A stretch of 63,993 bases of DNA, the filler included, from assembly GCA_964501035.1 (NCBI GenBank). It is 6 parts of 6 records of this genome, joined end to end, with 100 filler letters (N's around TTAATTAATTAA, not from the genome) between each part and the next. Parts side by side here need not be neighbours in the genome. Positions count along the whole stretch, not along the records: positions 37,403 to 49,350 come from CAZCRK010000050.1; positions 49,451 to 61,394 come from CAZCRK010000051.1; 4 more parts are not named here. The stretch is one strand, 5' to 3'. The notes under the pieces are model-generated. The model was not told the DNA's origin, did no database searches, and saw only the letters and a program-made list of their open reading frames with translations. A program made the position numbers and the translations under genes. This document shows, piece after piece, positions 40,553 through 50,111 of the stretch. Within the stretch, counting starts at the first letter, position 1. The number at the start of each line of letters is the position of its first letter.

Positions 40553-41350
40553 ATGAATAATCATTTAAGTGTAGAAGAATTAATTAAAGCTGGTGTTCAC
40601 TTTGGACACCCAACCAGCCGTTGGAACCCAGAGTTTAAACCATTTATTGCAATGAAACGCAATGGTATCCATATTATCGATATGGAACAAACATCGCAAT
40701 GCCTAGGTAAAGCAACCAAAGAGATATCTAAAATTGTAAGTAAAGGTGGTTATATTCTTTTTGTTGGTACAAAGAAACAAGCGAAAGATGTTGTACAACA
40801 GGCTTCTGATAGATCGGGAATGTTTTATATTGTTGAGAGATGGCTTGGTGGAACTTTAACGAACTTTGCAACCATTAAACGAAGTATTAAACGTTTGCTT
40901 CTTCTTGAAAAAGAATCATCAAATATTTATGAAAACTTAACTAAAAAAGAATTGTTGATGCTCGAACGGGAAAAAATAAAATTAGGTGATCTTCATCGTG
41001 GGATTAAAGATATGAAACATTTGCCTTCTGCTATTTTTGTTGTTGATGCAAATCATGAAAAAATTGCTATAGCTGAAGCTCGCAGATTAGGTATTCCTGC
41101 ATTTGGTATAGTGGATAGTAATACAGATCCAAGTGTTGTTGATTTCCCAATACCAGCAAATGATGATTCAATGAAATCAATTAGTTTAATTGTAAACCAC
41201 ATAGCGAATACAATTATTGAAACATTAGGTGGAAAAGTAGAAGAAAAAAATGAAGTTAAAGCGGATGCACCAGAAGTTGCTGAAGTAGAAACTGTTGAAG
41301 AAGTAGTAGAAGCATCAGAAGAATCTGATACTGAAAATCAGGAGTCGTAA
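40553..41350 (+). CDS. rpsB: 30S ribosomal protein S2
   Basis: AGVHFGH, FVGTKKQA, RWLGGTLTN, IPANDD; acidic tail. Confidence 0.98.
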   Translation: MNNHLSVEELIKAGVHFGHPTSRWNPEFKPFIAMKRNGIHIIDMEQTSQCLGKATKEISKIVSKGGYILFVGTKKQAKDVVQQASDRSGMFYIVERWLGGTLTNFATIKRSIKRLLLLEKESSNIYENLTKKELLMLEREKIKLGDLHRGIKDMKHLPSAIFVVDANHEKIAIAEARRLGIPAFGIVDSNTDPSVVDFPIPANDDSMKSISLIVNHIANTIIETLGGKVEEKNEVKADAPEVAEVETVEEVVEASEESDTENQES

Positions 41351-41356
41351 GAAGTT

Positions 41357-41980
41357 ATGAGTATAACAGCAAGTGCTGTAAAAGAATTAAGAGATATGTC
41401 CGGTGCTGGTATGATGGATTGCAAAAAAGCATTGGTTGAAGCAGATGGAAATATTCAAAATGCAATTGATATTTTAAGAAAAGCTGGTATTGCTAAAGCA
41501 CAGAAAAAAGCAGGTAGATCAGCTCGTGAAGGTGTTGTTTTTCCATATATACATGCTGGTGGAAAACTTGGAGTATTAGTTGAAATTAACTGTGAAACAG
41601 ATTTTGTGGCAAGTACAGATGATTTTAAAAATTTATGTAAAGATATAGCAATGCATGTTGCTGCATCAGCTCCAATTGGAGTGAATAAAGAAGATATCCC
41701 ACACGATGTAATTGAAAGAGAAAAAGCTATTTACGCAGACCAAGCAAGAAATAGTGGAAAACCTGAAAATATCATTGAAAAAATGATTGTAGGTCGCATG
41801 GCCAAGTTTTATCAAGAAAATGTTTTAATGGAGCAACAATTTGTGAAGGATCCAGATAAAACTATTAATGATATTATTACTGAAACAGTTGCAAAACTAG
41901 GTGAAAATATTAAAATTGCTCGGTTTACTCGATTTCAATTAGGTGAATTAAATACATCTACCGAAGAATCCGAAGAATAA
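41357..41980 (+). CDS. tsf: Elongation factor Ts (short form)
   Basis: VKELR..GAGMMDCKKAL, EINCETDFVA; 207 aa single-subdomain type. Confidence 0.97.
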   Translation: MSITASAVKELRDMSGAGMMDCKKALVEADGNIQNAIDILRKAGIAKAQKKAGRSAREGVVFPYIHAGGKLGVLVEINCETDFVASTDDFKNLCKDIAMHVAASAPIGVNKEDIPHDVIEREKAIYADQARNSGKPENIIEKMIVGRMAKFYQENVLMEQQFVKDPDKTINDIITETVAKLGENIKIARFTRFQLGELNTSTEESEE

Positions 41981-41991
41981 ACATATTTTAG

Positions 41992-42705
41992 ATGAATACA
42001 CCATCTTTTAAACGCATTCTTCTAAAATTAAGTGGAGAAGTGTTAGCTGGTGAAAAAGATTTTGGTATTGATCCAGAAATTACCAATCAACTTGCGCAAC
42101 AAATAATTCATATTCATAAACAAAATATTGAAATTGGTATAGTTATTGGCGGTGGTAATATATTTAGAGGTATGTCAGTTGCAGCGAAAGGCATGGATCG
42201 TGTTGCAGGTGATTATTTAGGAATGATGGCTACTATTATGAATTCAGTAGCTTTACAATCTGCACTTGAAAAACTCGATTGTGATACACGAGTTATGTCT
42301 GCCCTAAGTATTACCCAACTTGCTGAACCATACATTCGAAGACGTGCAACCAGACATCTTGAAAAAGGTCGGATTGTTATTTTTGGAGGAGGTACTGGAA
42401 ATCCATATTTTACTACAGATACAGCAGCCGTATTACGAGCTATTGAGATTAATGCTGATGTAATCATTAAGGGAACGAAGGTTGATGGTGTTTATTCGGA
42501 TGATCCAGAAACAAATCCTGATGCCACAAAATTTGATTCACTCACATATAAACAAGTTATAGAAAAAGAATTACGGGTTATGGACATGACAGCTGTAACC
42601 ATGTGTAAGGAAAATAAACTACCTATCATTGTTTTTGATATAAAAAGTAAAAATGGGTTACATGATATCGTAAATTCTAAACCAGTTGGAACCATAGTTT
42701 CTTAG
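41992..42705 (+). CDS. pyrH: Uridylate kinase
   Basis: LLKLSGE, GGGNIFRG, GTGNPYFTTD. Confidence 0.97.
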   Translation: MNTPSFKRILLKLSGEVLAGEKDFGIDPEITNQLAQQIIHIHKQNIEIGIVIGGGNIFRGMSVAAKGMDRVAGDYLGMMATIMNSVALQSALEKLDCDTRVMSALSITQLAEPYIRRRATRHLEKGRIVIFGGGTGNPYFTTDTAAVLRAIEINADVIIKGTKVDGVYSDDPETNPDATKFDSLTYKQVIEKELRVMDMTAVTMCKENKLPIIVFDIKSKNGLHDIVNSKPVGTIVS

Positions 42706-42714
42706 GAGATTAAC

Positions 42715-43269
42715 ATGATAAATGAAATTTTTATAGATACAAAAGATAGAATGCATAAAGCAGTGGAGCATTCAAGACATGAAGTGGCAACCATTCGTAC
42801 TGGACAGGCATCTACAAGTATTGTTGATGGTGTGAAAGTAGATTATTACGGTACAATGTCACCTTTGGGGAATATAGCAAATATTTCTGCACCCGAAGCA
42901 CAGCTCGTAGTTATTCAACCATTTGACCCTTCTAGTTTAGACGCAATTGAAAAAGCAATTATAAGCTCTGATATTGGATTGCACCCTAACAATGATGGTA
43001 ATGTAATTCGATTAAATGTTCCTACTTTGACTGATGAAAGACGTAAAGAACTAGTGAGAGTTGTACATAAAATTATTGAAGAGGGTCGTGTAGCTGTTAG
43101 GAATATTCGCCGAGATGCAAATGATCACTTGAAAAAGATTGAAAAAGAACATGAAATGTCAGAAGATAATTTGAAGAGAGCTCTTGACAATATTCAAGAA
43201 ACTACAGATAATCATATTAAAGAGTTAAATGGTATTCAAGAAATGAAAGAGAAAGAAATATTAATTTAG
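42715..43269 (+). CDS. frr: Ribosome recycling factor
   Basis: IRTGQAS, VDYYG, LTDERRKELV, RVAVRNIRRD. Confidence 0.97.
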   Translation: MINEIFIDTKDRMHKAVEHSRHEVATIRTGQASTSIVDGVKVDYYGTMSPLGNIANISAPEAQLVVIQPFDPSSLDAIEKAIISSDIGLHPNNDGNVIRLNVPTLTDERRKELVRVVHKIIEEGRVAVRNIRRDANDHLKKIEKEHEMSEDNLKRALDNIQETTDNHIKELNGIQEMKEKEILI

Positions 43270-43289
43270 TGTGAATACATTTTTCATTT

Positions 43290-43316
43290 AAAGCCCAGTA
43301 AAAACTGGGCTTTTTT
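43290..43316. terminator. Intrinsic terminator (possibly bidirectional)
   Basis: AAAGCCCAGT-AAAA-ACTGGGCTTTTTT between convergent frr and the TerB-like gene. Confidence 0.85.
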
Positions 43317-43722
43317 ATTGCAAATAAGTTTCTATCTCAGATTTAGAGTTCACCAAATCAACATGTTCAATATTCATTATATGTGCAATTTTACGAATAG
43401 TATGGTGTTCTAAATAATGGAGGTCACCATCTGCATATGCTACTTCGAAAACACAACAGATAAAATCCACTTTATCTTGATATCCAAGTTGAGTATTCAA
43501 AATTTGTCCATATTCAAACAATCCAATAGATTGTTGTAATTTTATTTTGGCATTTTCTAAAATTGATTTTGCAAAATTTGAATTGATTTCAAAGAAATCA
43601 CTTAAAATATCAGCAATTGTTTCAAATTCTTTTGGTTCTAAAATTTCATCTGCTTCAGCAACACTTAACAAAAGGCATGCAGCTGACTCTATTATTTCAT
43701 TTGATTTGGAGTTATTATTCAT
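43315..43722 (-). CDS. TerB-family (tellurite resistance / DjlA-N-like) protein
   Basis: VAEADEILEPKE ... EVAYADGDLHYLEHHTIRKIA duplicated ADG-type motif. Confidence 0.8.
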   Translation of the reverse strand: MNNNSKSNEIIESAACLLLSVAEADEILEPKEFETIADILSDFFEINSNFAKSILENAKIKLQQSIGLFEYGQILNTQLGYQDKVDFICCVFEVAYADGDLHYLEHHTIRKIAHIMNIEHVDLVNSKSEIETYLQ

Positions 43723-43828
43723 AGCTTAATTTAGAAGAATTTTAAGTACGCAATACAATATCTAAATCAAATTGTAACTTTTTCACATATCATATATCAA
43801 ATTATAAAAAGAAAGTGAGAAAATCAAT

Positions 43829-44203
43829 ATGACAACGAATTTAAACAAAAATGGATTTTTAACGAAGGTATTTAATTTTGAGAAAAATAAGGATTGGAAA
43901 TTTGAAGGTGATAAACCTTGTATAATTGACTTTTGGGCTGACTGGTGTAATCCGTGTAAGATGATAGCACCCGTTTTAGAAGAACTATCTAAAGAATATG
44001 ATGGTCAAATAAATATTTACAAAGTTAATACTGAAGAAGAGCGTGACCTTGCTGCTGCATTTGGAATACGTAGCATTCCATCTTTATTATTTGTTCCGCA
44101 AGAAGGTCAACCTCAAATGGCTGCAGGTGCTTTGCCAAAAGATGCATTAATTAAAGCAATTGAAGATGTGTTAAACGTTCCTGCACAAAAAACAACAGCT
44201 TAA
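43829..44203 (+). CDS. trxA: Thioredoxin
   Basis: IDFWADWCNPCKMIAP; FGIRSIPSLLF; N-terminal KVFNFE..WKFEGDKP extension typical of FCB thioredoxins. Confidence 0.88.
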   Translation: MTTNLNKNGFLTKVFNFEKNKDWKFEGDKPCIIDFWADWCNPCKMIAPVLEELSKEYDGQINIYKVNTEEERDLAAAFGIRSIPSLLFVPQEGQPQMAAGALPKDALIKAIEDVLNVPAQKTTA

Positions 44204-44210
44204 ATCCTCC

Positions 44211-44248
44211 AAATGGGTTTGGATTACTTTGGTAATACAAACCCATTT
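44211..44248 (+). terminator. Hairpin / putative terminator after the thioredoxin gene
   Basis: AAATGGGTTTG-GATTAC-TTTG-GTAATA-CAAACCCATTT inverted repeat. Confidence 0.65.
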
Positions 44249-44297
44249 ATCTATAAAAAGAACACTCTTCCAGTTTTAAAGATGTTCAGTAAATTAC

Positions 44298-45608
44298 ATG
44301 CTGAATTTTCTTGTTATCATGAATATTTTAAAAGTATATCCAAATAGTTTAGCGGAAGAAATTGGTTTATCTCCTGGAGATAAATTGTTAAAAATCGATA
44401 ATAAACGCGTTATTGACCAAATTGACTATAGATTTCGAATTACAGATGAAAATGTATTACTCGATTTAGAAGTAAATGGAGAAATGTGTCAAGTTGAAGT
44501 TGAAAAATCCTATGATGAAGATTTAGGAGTAGAATTTGAAGACTTTAAAATTCGAAATTGTGCGAATGATTGTGTATTCTGTTTTGCACATCAAAATCCT
44601 GATAATTTAAGACAAGGACTATATTTCAAAGATGGGGATTATCGATTATCATATTTACAAGGTCATTATGTCACAATGACGAATATGGGGCAAAATGATC
44701 TCAATCGTATTGTGGAACAAAAATTATCCCCATTATATATTTCAGTGCATGCAACCGAACCAGAGTTACGGAAAACTCTTTTACTGCATAATAAAGATGA
44801 TAAATTCTTAGAAAAAATACAATTTCTTTCAGAAAACAACATAGAAATGCATACACAAATTGTGTTAATTCCCAACGTAAATGATGGCAAACATTTGGTT
44901 AGAACGATTAATGACTTGTATAGTTTGTACCCAATGGTAAATTCATTGTCAATTGTTCCTGTCGGATTAACAAAATATAGGCAAGGATTAATGAAATTAG
45001 AATCTGTCGATGCTAACTATGCTAAGCTAATGATTGAATTGTTCCATAAGCTACAAGAAAAATATCCTGGAACTGAAAATAAACCCTTTATGTTGCTTTC
45101 AGATGAGTGGTATATATTAGCGCAGGAATCTCTCCCGGAAATTGAGTGGTATGGGGGGCTAGATTTAATAGAAAATGGCGTAGGACAAGTTCGTCACTTT
45201 TTGAATGACATTGAGAGAGATTTAGAAAAATATCCCACTCAAATTCCTGAAAGTAAAAAAATTACTCTTGTAACCGGTACACTTGTTCATCCTATTTTTG
45301 AGGAGCAGGTTAAGCCATTGTTAAATAAAGTCGAAAATTTAACAGTAGATTGTATTGCCATAAAAAACATATTTTTTGGAGAATCTGTAACAGTGTCTGG
45401 TTTACTTACTGGTCAAGATATTGTGGAACAACTAAAGGGTAAGGAGTTAGGAGATGCAGTTTGGTTGTCATCTAGAATCTTTAATGATGCTGGAGATATG
45501 ACCTTGGATAACATGACTTTAGAACAAATGACACATCAATTACAAACACCTATAAACGTAACTGATGACAGTATATTAGAAATATTTGAGAGGAATATAA
45601 TTGGCTAA
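44298..45608 (+). CDS. PDZ + radical-SAM-like Fe-S protein (DUF512 family)
   Basis: N-terminal PDZ; CANDCVFC (CxxxCxxC); LSPLYISVHAT; VPVGLTKYR; ENGVG; directly upstream of der. Confidence 0.85.
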   Translation: MLNFLVIMNILKVYPNSLAEEIGLSPGDKLLKIDNKRVIDQIDYRFRITDENVLLDLEVNGEMCQVEVEKSYDEDLGVEFEDFKIRNCANDCVFCFAHQNPDNLRQGLYFKDGDYRLSYLQGHYVTMTNMGQNDLNRIVEQKLSPLYISVHATEPELRKTLLLHNKDDKFLEKIQFLSENNIEMHTQIVLIPNVNDGKHLVRTINDLYSLYPMVNSLSIVPVGLTKYRQGLMKLESVDANYAKLMIELFHKLQEKYPGTENKPFMLLSDEWYILAQESLPEIEWYGGLDLIENGVGQVRHFLNDIERDLEKYPTQIPESKKITLVTGTLVHPIFEEQVKPLLNKVENLTVDCIAIKNIFFGESVTVSGLLTGQDIVEQLKGKELGDAVWLSSRIFNDAGDMTLDNMTLEQMTHQLQTPINVTDDSILEIFERNIIG

Positions 45609-46914
45609 ATCGACTGTAGCAATTTTAGGTAGGCCCAATGTGGGTAAGTCCACATTATTTAATAGGATGGTGGGAAAACTGCATGCAATTGTATCTCCTG
45701 TTGAGGGAGTTACACGAGATAGAATTTATGGGTCATTTGAGTGGGCTGGGAAAGAATTTAACATCATAGACACAGGGGGATATTTACCCGATACTGATGA
45801 TATTATGAATAAACATGTTCGCTTGCAAGCAGAATTAGCTACAGAAGAAGCAGATTTGTTAATATTATTAGTTGACGGAAAATCAGAAATAACATCAAGT
45901 GATAGAATTTTAGCAGAGTTAATAGTTAAATCGCAAAAACCATATATTTTAGTTTCCAATAAAATTGATGATAATTCTCATGAAGACTATGCACTTGGGT
46001 TCTATGAATTAGGCTTGGGAGAACCCTACACAATTGCAGCTTTAAGTGGACGTAAAATTGGTGACTTATGCGATACGATAGTATCAAAGTTACCTGAACA
46101 AAATGTTCCAGCTACTGAAGATGATAATTTAATTAACCTTGCCATTGTGGGTATGCCAAATGTTGGTAAATCTTCATTGATGAATGCTTTACTAAAAGAA
46201 GAGAAATCAATTGTTACTGATATAGCGGGAACGACCCGAGATTCAGTGGATTCATATATTAAATATTTCAATCGACAATATAAAATTATTGATACTGCTG
46301 GGCTTCGTAGAAAAGCAAAGATTGGTGATAATATCGAATACTATAGTTCCGTCCGAACATATAGGGTTATTGATGATTGTGATGTGGCAGCAGTTTTGAT
46401 TGATGGTTCAAAAGGGTTTGGAAATCAAGATAGAGATATTGTGAGATATGTGATTGATCAAGGTAAAGGGTTAGTACTTGTCGTTAACAAGTGGGATTTA
46501 GTTGAAAAAGATACAAATACCATGAAAGACTATATTGATGACATTAAATACCACTTTCCTTCAGTCTCTCACTATCCTATTCAATTTATCTCAGTTAAAA
46601 ATAATAGACGAATTTGGAATACTCTTGAGTTAGCCTCTGAAATTTATGATGAGAGACGTAAAAAGGTAAAAACATCAGATCTCAATGAGTTTGTTGAGAC
46701 AGCAATGTATAGGTATCCACCACCAGCTGTACAAGGTAAACATTTAAAAGTAAAATATGTAACTCAAGTGCATCATTCACCTCCCATTTTTGTTTTCTTT
46801 TCGAACCATCCTAAATTGTTCCCTGTTGCCTATAAACGATACTTGGAAAATAGAATGCGTGAAACTTTTGGATATAAAGGTGTACCCATTCGGATTTCAT
46901 TTAGAGAAAAGTAA
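45601..46914 (+). CDS. der: Ribosome biogenesis GTPase Der (EngA)
   Basis: Two G-domains (GRPNVGKSTLFN, GMPNVGKSSL), DTAGLRR and a KH-like C-terminus; TTG start. Confidence 0.97.
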   Translation: MAKSTVAILGRPNVGKSTLFNRMVGKLHAIVSPVEGVTRDRIYGSFEWAGKEFNIIDTGGYLPDTDDIMNKHVRLQAELATEEADLLILLVDGKSEITSSDRILAELIVKSQKPYILVSNKIDDNSHEDYALGFYELGLGEPYTIAALSGRKIGDLCDTIVSKLPEQNVPATEDDNLINLAIVGMPNVGKSSLMNALLKEEKSIVTDIAGTTRDSVDSYIKYFNRQYKIIDTAGLRRKAKIGDNIEYYSSVRTYRVIDDCDVAAVLIDGSKGFGNQDRDIVRYVIDQGKGLVLVVNKWDLVEKDTNTMKDYIDDIKYHFPSVSHYPIQFISVKNNRRIWNTLELASEIYDERRKKVKTSDLNEFVETAMYRYPPPAVQGKHLKVKYVTQVHHSPPIFVFFSNHPKLFPVAYKRYLENRMRETFGYKGVPIRISFREK

Positions 46915-48656
46915 TGCGTAAAATTCTCGTCATTATTATCTTTTTAGGATCAGTTTTATTTGCAAATAACCGATGTGGATTCTCAAACCATCTGCAACAT
47001 GATAGTCAAGTACAACGAATCAATCCTCCTGATTTGGATACATTTATAAGTTCTCCAACAGGACATTTTTACATCCACTACGATACAACGGGAAGTGATG
47101 CACCAAATTTAGTGGACCTTAATGACAATAGTATTCCAGATTATGTGGATGAAGTTGGTATTATGGCAGATTCGATTCGATATGTACTCGTTGATGTGAT
47201 GGGATATCTCCCAGAACCTGAAGACGATGATGGAGTGTATGATATTTATCTACAAGACAGAGGATATCTAAACTATGGTATAAATACACCCATAAATGGA
47301 AGTGGAGCATCTTACTTAATTATTGATAACGAATATGAAGAAGGCGATTATTATATCCCAGGGATAAATACAATGCGTCTCACATTAGCTCATGAGTTTT
47401 TTCATGCGATTCAAAGAGGGTATAAAGCGTATCCCACTTTTTTTGATGCATTCTTTTATGAATTGACATCAACTTGGATTGAGGATGTTGTAGTACCTGA
47501 TGGAGACGATTATTTAAACTGGGTTGATGATTTCTTTGATGACCCAGACCAACGATGGGATGATACGGATGGTTATAGTCTCGCATTGTTTGGGCATTAT
47601 CTCACAACAATACTTGATACTCCCAATCAAATGCAAAGCACAATAATGAGAGAAATTTGGGAACGCATTGAGATAGGCGATACCCCAATTGAAGCGATTA
47701 ACTATGTTTTAGGTTCTGAGTATTCTTCGTCGTTTGCAGAAGTATGGGTTGACTTTGTGAGTAGAAATTTGTTTAACCAAGTGGATGATTCATTTTACTA
47801 TTATGAAGACCAAGGGCTTATTGAACCAATATTTACTGACCCAGAATCAGAAATTGGTGAATTTACATTAAATCTAAACAATGAATCTGTAGCCATACAG
47901 TCATTTCATATTGACGAAACGTCTTTCCTTGATATCCATCATTCAAATAACAATTTTCTGGGTACACTAAATTATATAGGTCAAAACAATAATATATTGT
48001 CAGCTGGTGATGGATATACAGAAGGATTATATATTGGTGATGAATTACATTTTGTGTATGCTACAGAGAGTAGTTATAACAATTTAACTTTCGAAATAAA
48101 TCAAAGTTTTTTCATTTACGGTTGTATGGATGAGGAAGCATGTAATTTTAACGAACTAGTAGATATTGATAATGGCACTTGTATTTATCCAGAAGATAAT
48201 TATGATTGTGATGGTAATTGTATTGTTGATGTTGATTGTAATGGTGAATGCGGTGGTTCAGCAGAATTAGATGATTGTTTTGTTTGTGACGGTGGTAATG
48301 ATGATTTGGACGACTGTGGTGTATGTTTTGGTGAAAATGGTTGTTATGGTTGCACTGATGAAGATGCAATAAACTATAATGAAGAAGCAACAAATGATGA
48401 TGGGAATTGTGAATATACAATTTGGTTTCGTTCTGGAAATCCAGTTGTTTCTGAGATTGTTCAATTTGAATTAGATGAATATAAGAGCAATATAAAAGTA
48501 AATATATATGATGTAAGAGGAAAATTAAAGCAGTATGAAACATCTGGTCAGATAATTAATATTCCAGTTCAATCTTTTGCATCCGGAATTTATTTTCTTC
48601 ATGTCATGGTAGATGATAAAATTATTTTAAAAAGAAAAATTACCATTATTCAATAA
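46914..48656 (+). CDS. Secreted MXAN_6640-like metalloprotease with Cys-rich repeats and a T9SS-CTD-like tail
   Basis: Signal peptide; GHFYIHY, LAHEFFHAIQ, YELTSTWIED; GCMDEEACNFN/DCNGECGG/GCTD repeats; IYDVRGK...ASGIYFL...KITII. Confidence 0.75.
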   Translation: MRKILVIIIFLGSVLFANNRCGFSNHLQHDSQVQRINPPDLDTFISSPTGHFYIHYDTTGSDAPNLVDLNDNSIPDYVDEVGIMADSIRYVLVDVMGYLPEPEDDDGVYDIYLQDRGYLNYGINTPINGSGASYLIIDNEYEEGDYYIPGINTMRLTLAHEFFHAIQRGYKAYPTFFDAFFYELTSTWIEDVVVPDGDDYLNWVDDFFDDPDQRWDDTDGYSLALFGHYLTTILDTPNQMQSTIMREIWERIEIGDTPIEAINYVLGSEYSSSFAEVWVDFVSRNLFNQVDDSFYYYEDQGLIEPIFTDPESEIGEFTLNLNNESVAIQSFHIDETSFLDIHHSNNNFLGTLNYIGQNNNILSAGDGYTEGLYIGDELHFVYATESSYNNLTFEINQSFFIYGCMDEEACNFNELVDIDNGTCIYPEDNYDCDGNCIVDVDCNGECGGSAELDDCFVCDGGNDDLDDCGVCFGENGCYGCTDEDAINYNEEATNDDGNCEYTIWFRSGNPVVSEIVQFELDEYKSNIKVNIYDVRGKLKQYETSGQIINIPVQSFASGIYFLHVMVDDKIILKRKITIIQ

Positions 48657-49252
48657 TGGATTTTTATTCAATCCAAAATTCACCGAGTGGTGAATATCGT
48701 GACAAAGGGTCAAAGTTTTTTTCATATATTCATAAAATTGATAGTCAAGATGCGTATAAATCTTATATTGCTTTCTACAAAGAAAAATTTCCAGATGCAT
48801 GTCATGTTTGTAGTGCATATCGTTTATTTATTGATGGAAGAGTTGATGAATATGCTACGGATGATGGTGAACCAAAAGGAAGTTCTGGGCTTCCAATCTT
48901 AAACAAAATTAAACATTATAATGTAATTAATGTTGGGTTATTTGTAGTGCGTATTTTCGGAGGTACAAAGTTGGGTATTCCTGGTCTTATTAGTGCCTAT
49001 GGTACAGCAGCTGAAAATGCCTTACATAAAATAATTAAACAGGAATGGAAACCCACGGTTTTAGTATCCGTAAATTATAGTTATGAATACACAAATTTAA
49101 TTGAACAATTGGTTTCCCAATTTGAAGCCGAAATTGTACAACAATTTTTTTCACAAGAAATTTTTATTCAGTTAAAAATTGAGTTAGGACTTGAAGAAAA
49201 ATTAAATTCAATTTTGATTGAAAAAAGTGCAGGAAAACTACAAATAAATTGA
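48656..49252 (+). CDS. yigZ: YigZ / IMPACT family protein
   Basis: KGSKFFSY, ACHVCSAYR, DDGEPKGSSGLP, VRIFGGTKLG. Confidence 0.9.
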   Translation: MDFYSIQNSPSGEYRDKGSKFFSYIHKIDSQDAYKSYIAFYKEKFPDACHVCSAYRLFIDGRVDEYATDDGEPKGSSGLPILNKIKHYNVINVGLFVVRIFGGTKLGIPGLISAYGTAAENALHKIIKQEWKPTVLVSVNYSYEYTNLIEQLVSQFEAEIVQQFFSQEIFIQLKIELGLEEKLNSILIEKSAGKLQIN

Positions 49253-49261
49253 TAATAATAT

Positions 49262-49299
49262 TTGGTCTGTAAAATAAGTCCACTGTAATTTTATGGGCT
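49262..49299 (+). promoter_or_regulatory. Putative promoter of tRNA-fMet
   Basis: TTGGTC-N18-TAATTT-TATGGGCT; the last 14 nt are identical to those upstream of rplM. Confidence 0.55.
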
Positions 49300-49319
49300 G
49301 TCAGAGACAGTAAATCAGA

Positions 49320-49350
49320 CGCGGGATGGAGCAGTCTGGTAGCTCGTCGG
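49320..49350 (+). tRNA. Initiator tRNA-fMet, 5' fragment (cut at the contig end before the anticodon)
   Basis: CGCGGGATGGAGCAGTCTGGTAGCTCGTCGG matches the bacterial initiator tRNA 5' half; the anticodon is not visible. Confidence 0.8.
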
Positions 49351-49450
49351 NNNNNNNNNNNNNNNNNNNNNNNNNNNNNNNNNNNNNNNNNNNNTTAATT
49401 AATTAANNNNNNNNNNNNNNNNNNNNNNNNNNNNNNNNNNNNNNNNNNNN
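49351..49450. other. Artificial contig linker
   Basis: N-run with TTAATTAATTAA. Confidence 0.98.
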
Positions 49451-50111
49451 CCCCTCTTCCAGCTAATCCTATTACTGAGATCTTTCCGTTCAATACTTTA
49501 TGATAATAGGCCAATAAAATTGATAAAACTTTTGTATCGTACTCTGTAAAGTGAGATGGATTTGGTAAATAATACTGTTCTGAATATTTAAATTTAATTT
49601 TTGCCCAACTTTTTTTTGTAATCGGATTAGAATATGAAAAAAACCATGCATTATTTGAAAATGATGCAGGATAATATAATCCATTGTTTAAATCAACATC
49701 TTTAAATGGACGAATATAATATTTGGGGACTACATTGCTTCCAACTTTCAACCATTGATATGGCTTAAATTTAACGCCAAATTCACCAAAATATTTCGAA
49801 TACAATTTATCCTTAGAACTGGAATAAAAAGATGTAGATGCTGAAAATTTAAATCTTGTTTCAATATCTTTTATCAAAACTGGACTATACTCAATTTTTA
49901 ATGAGGGTTTTAAAATACCCGAATCAAATGATTCTGAATCTCCTAAAATTTCAGGTGAATACATTGCATTATTTTCATCAGTGTCAGATAGTTTTAAAAA
50001 ATTACTATCATAACCTAAACTAAATCCAGTTTGCAAATAAACAGGTACATTAAAAGATTGTGAAACTAAGAAAGAAGTTAACACGACTAATATGTTGACA
50101 TGTTTTCTCAA
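49451..50111 (-). CDS. Exported protein, probable outer-membrane beta-barrel (3' truncated)
   Basis: Signal-like N-terminus; GFSLGYDSNFLK first strand; alternating aromatic/hydrophilic strands. Confidence 0.55.

Noticed and set aside
43829..44203. WCNPC active site as an unusual redox protein
   Set aside because: It is a modest variant of WCGPC in an otherwise typical thioredoxin.
48115..48420. CRISPR or tandem DNA repeat
   Set aside because: The periodicity comes from degenerate Cys/Asp/Gly protein repeats inside a CDS, not from identical repeats with spacers. I saw no CRISPR array, cas gene, integrase or transposase in the window.
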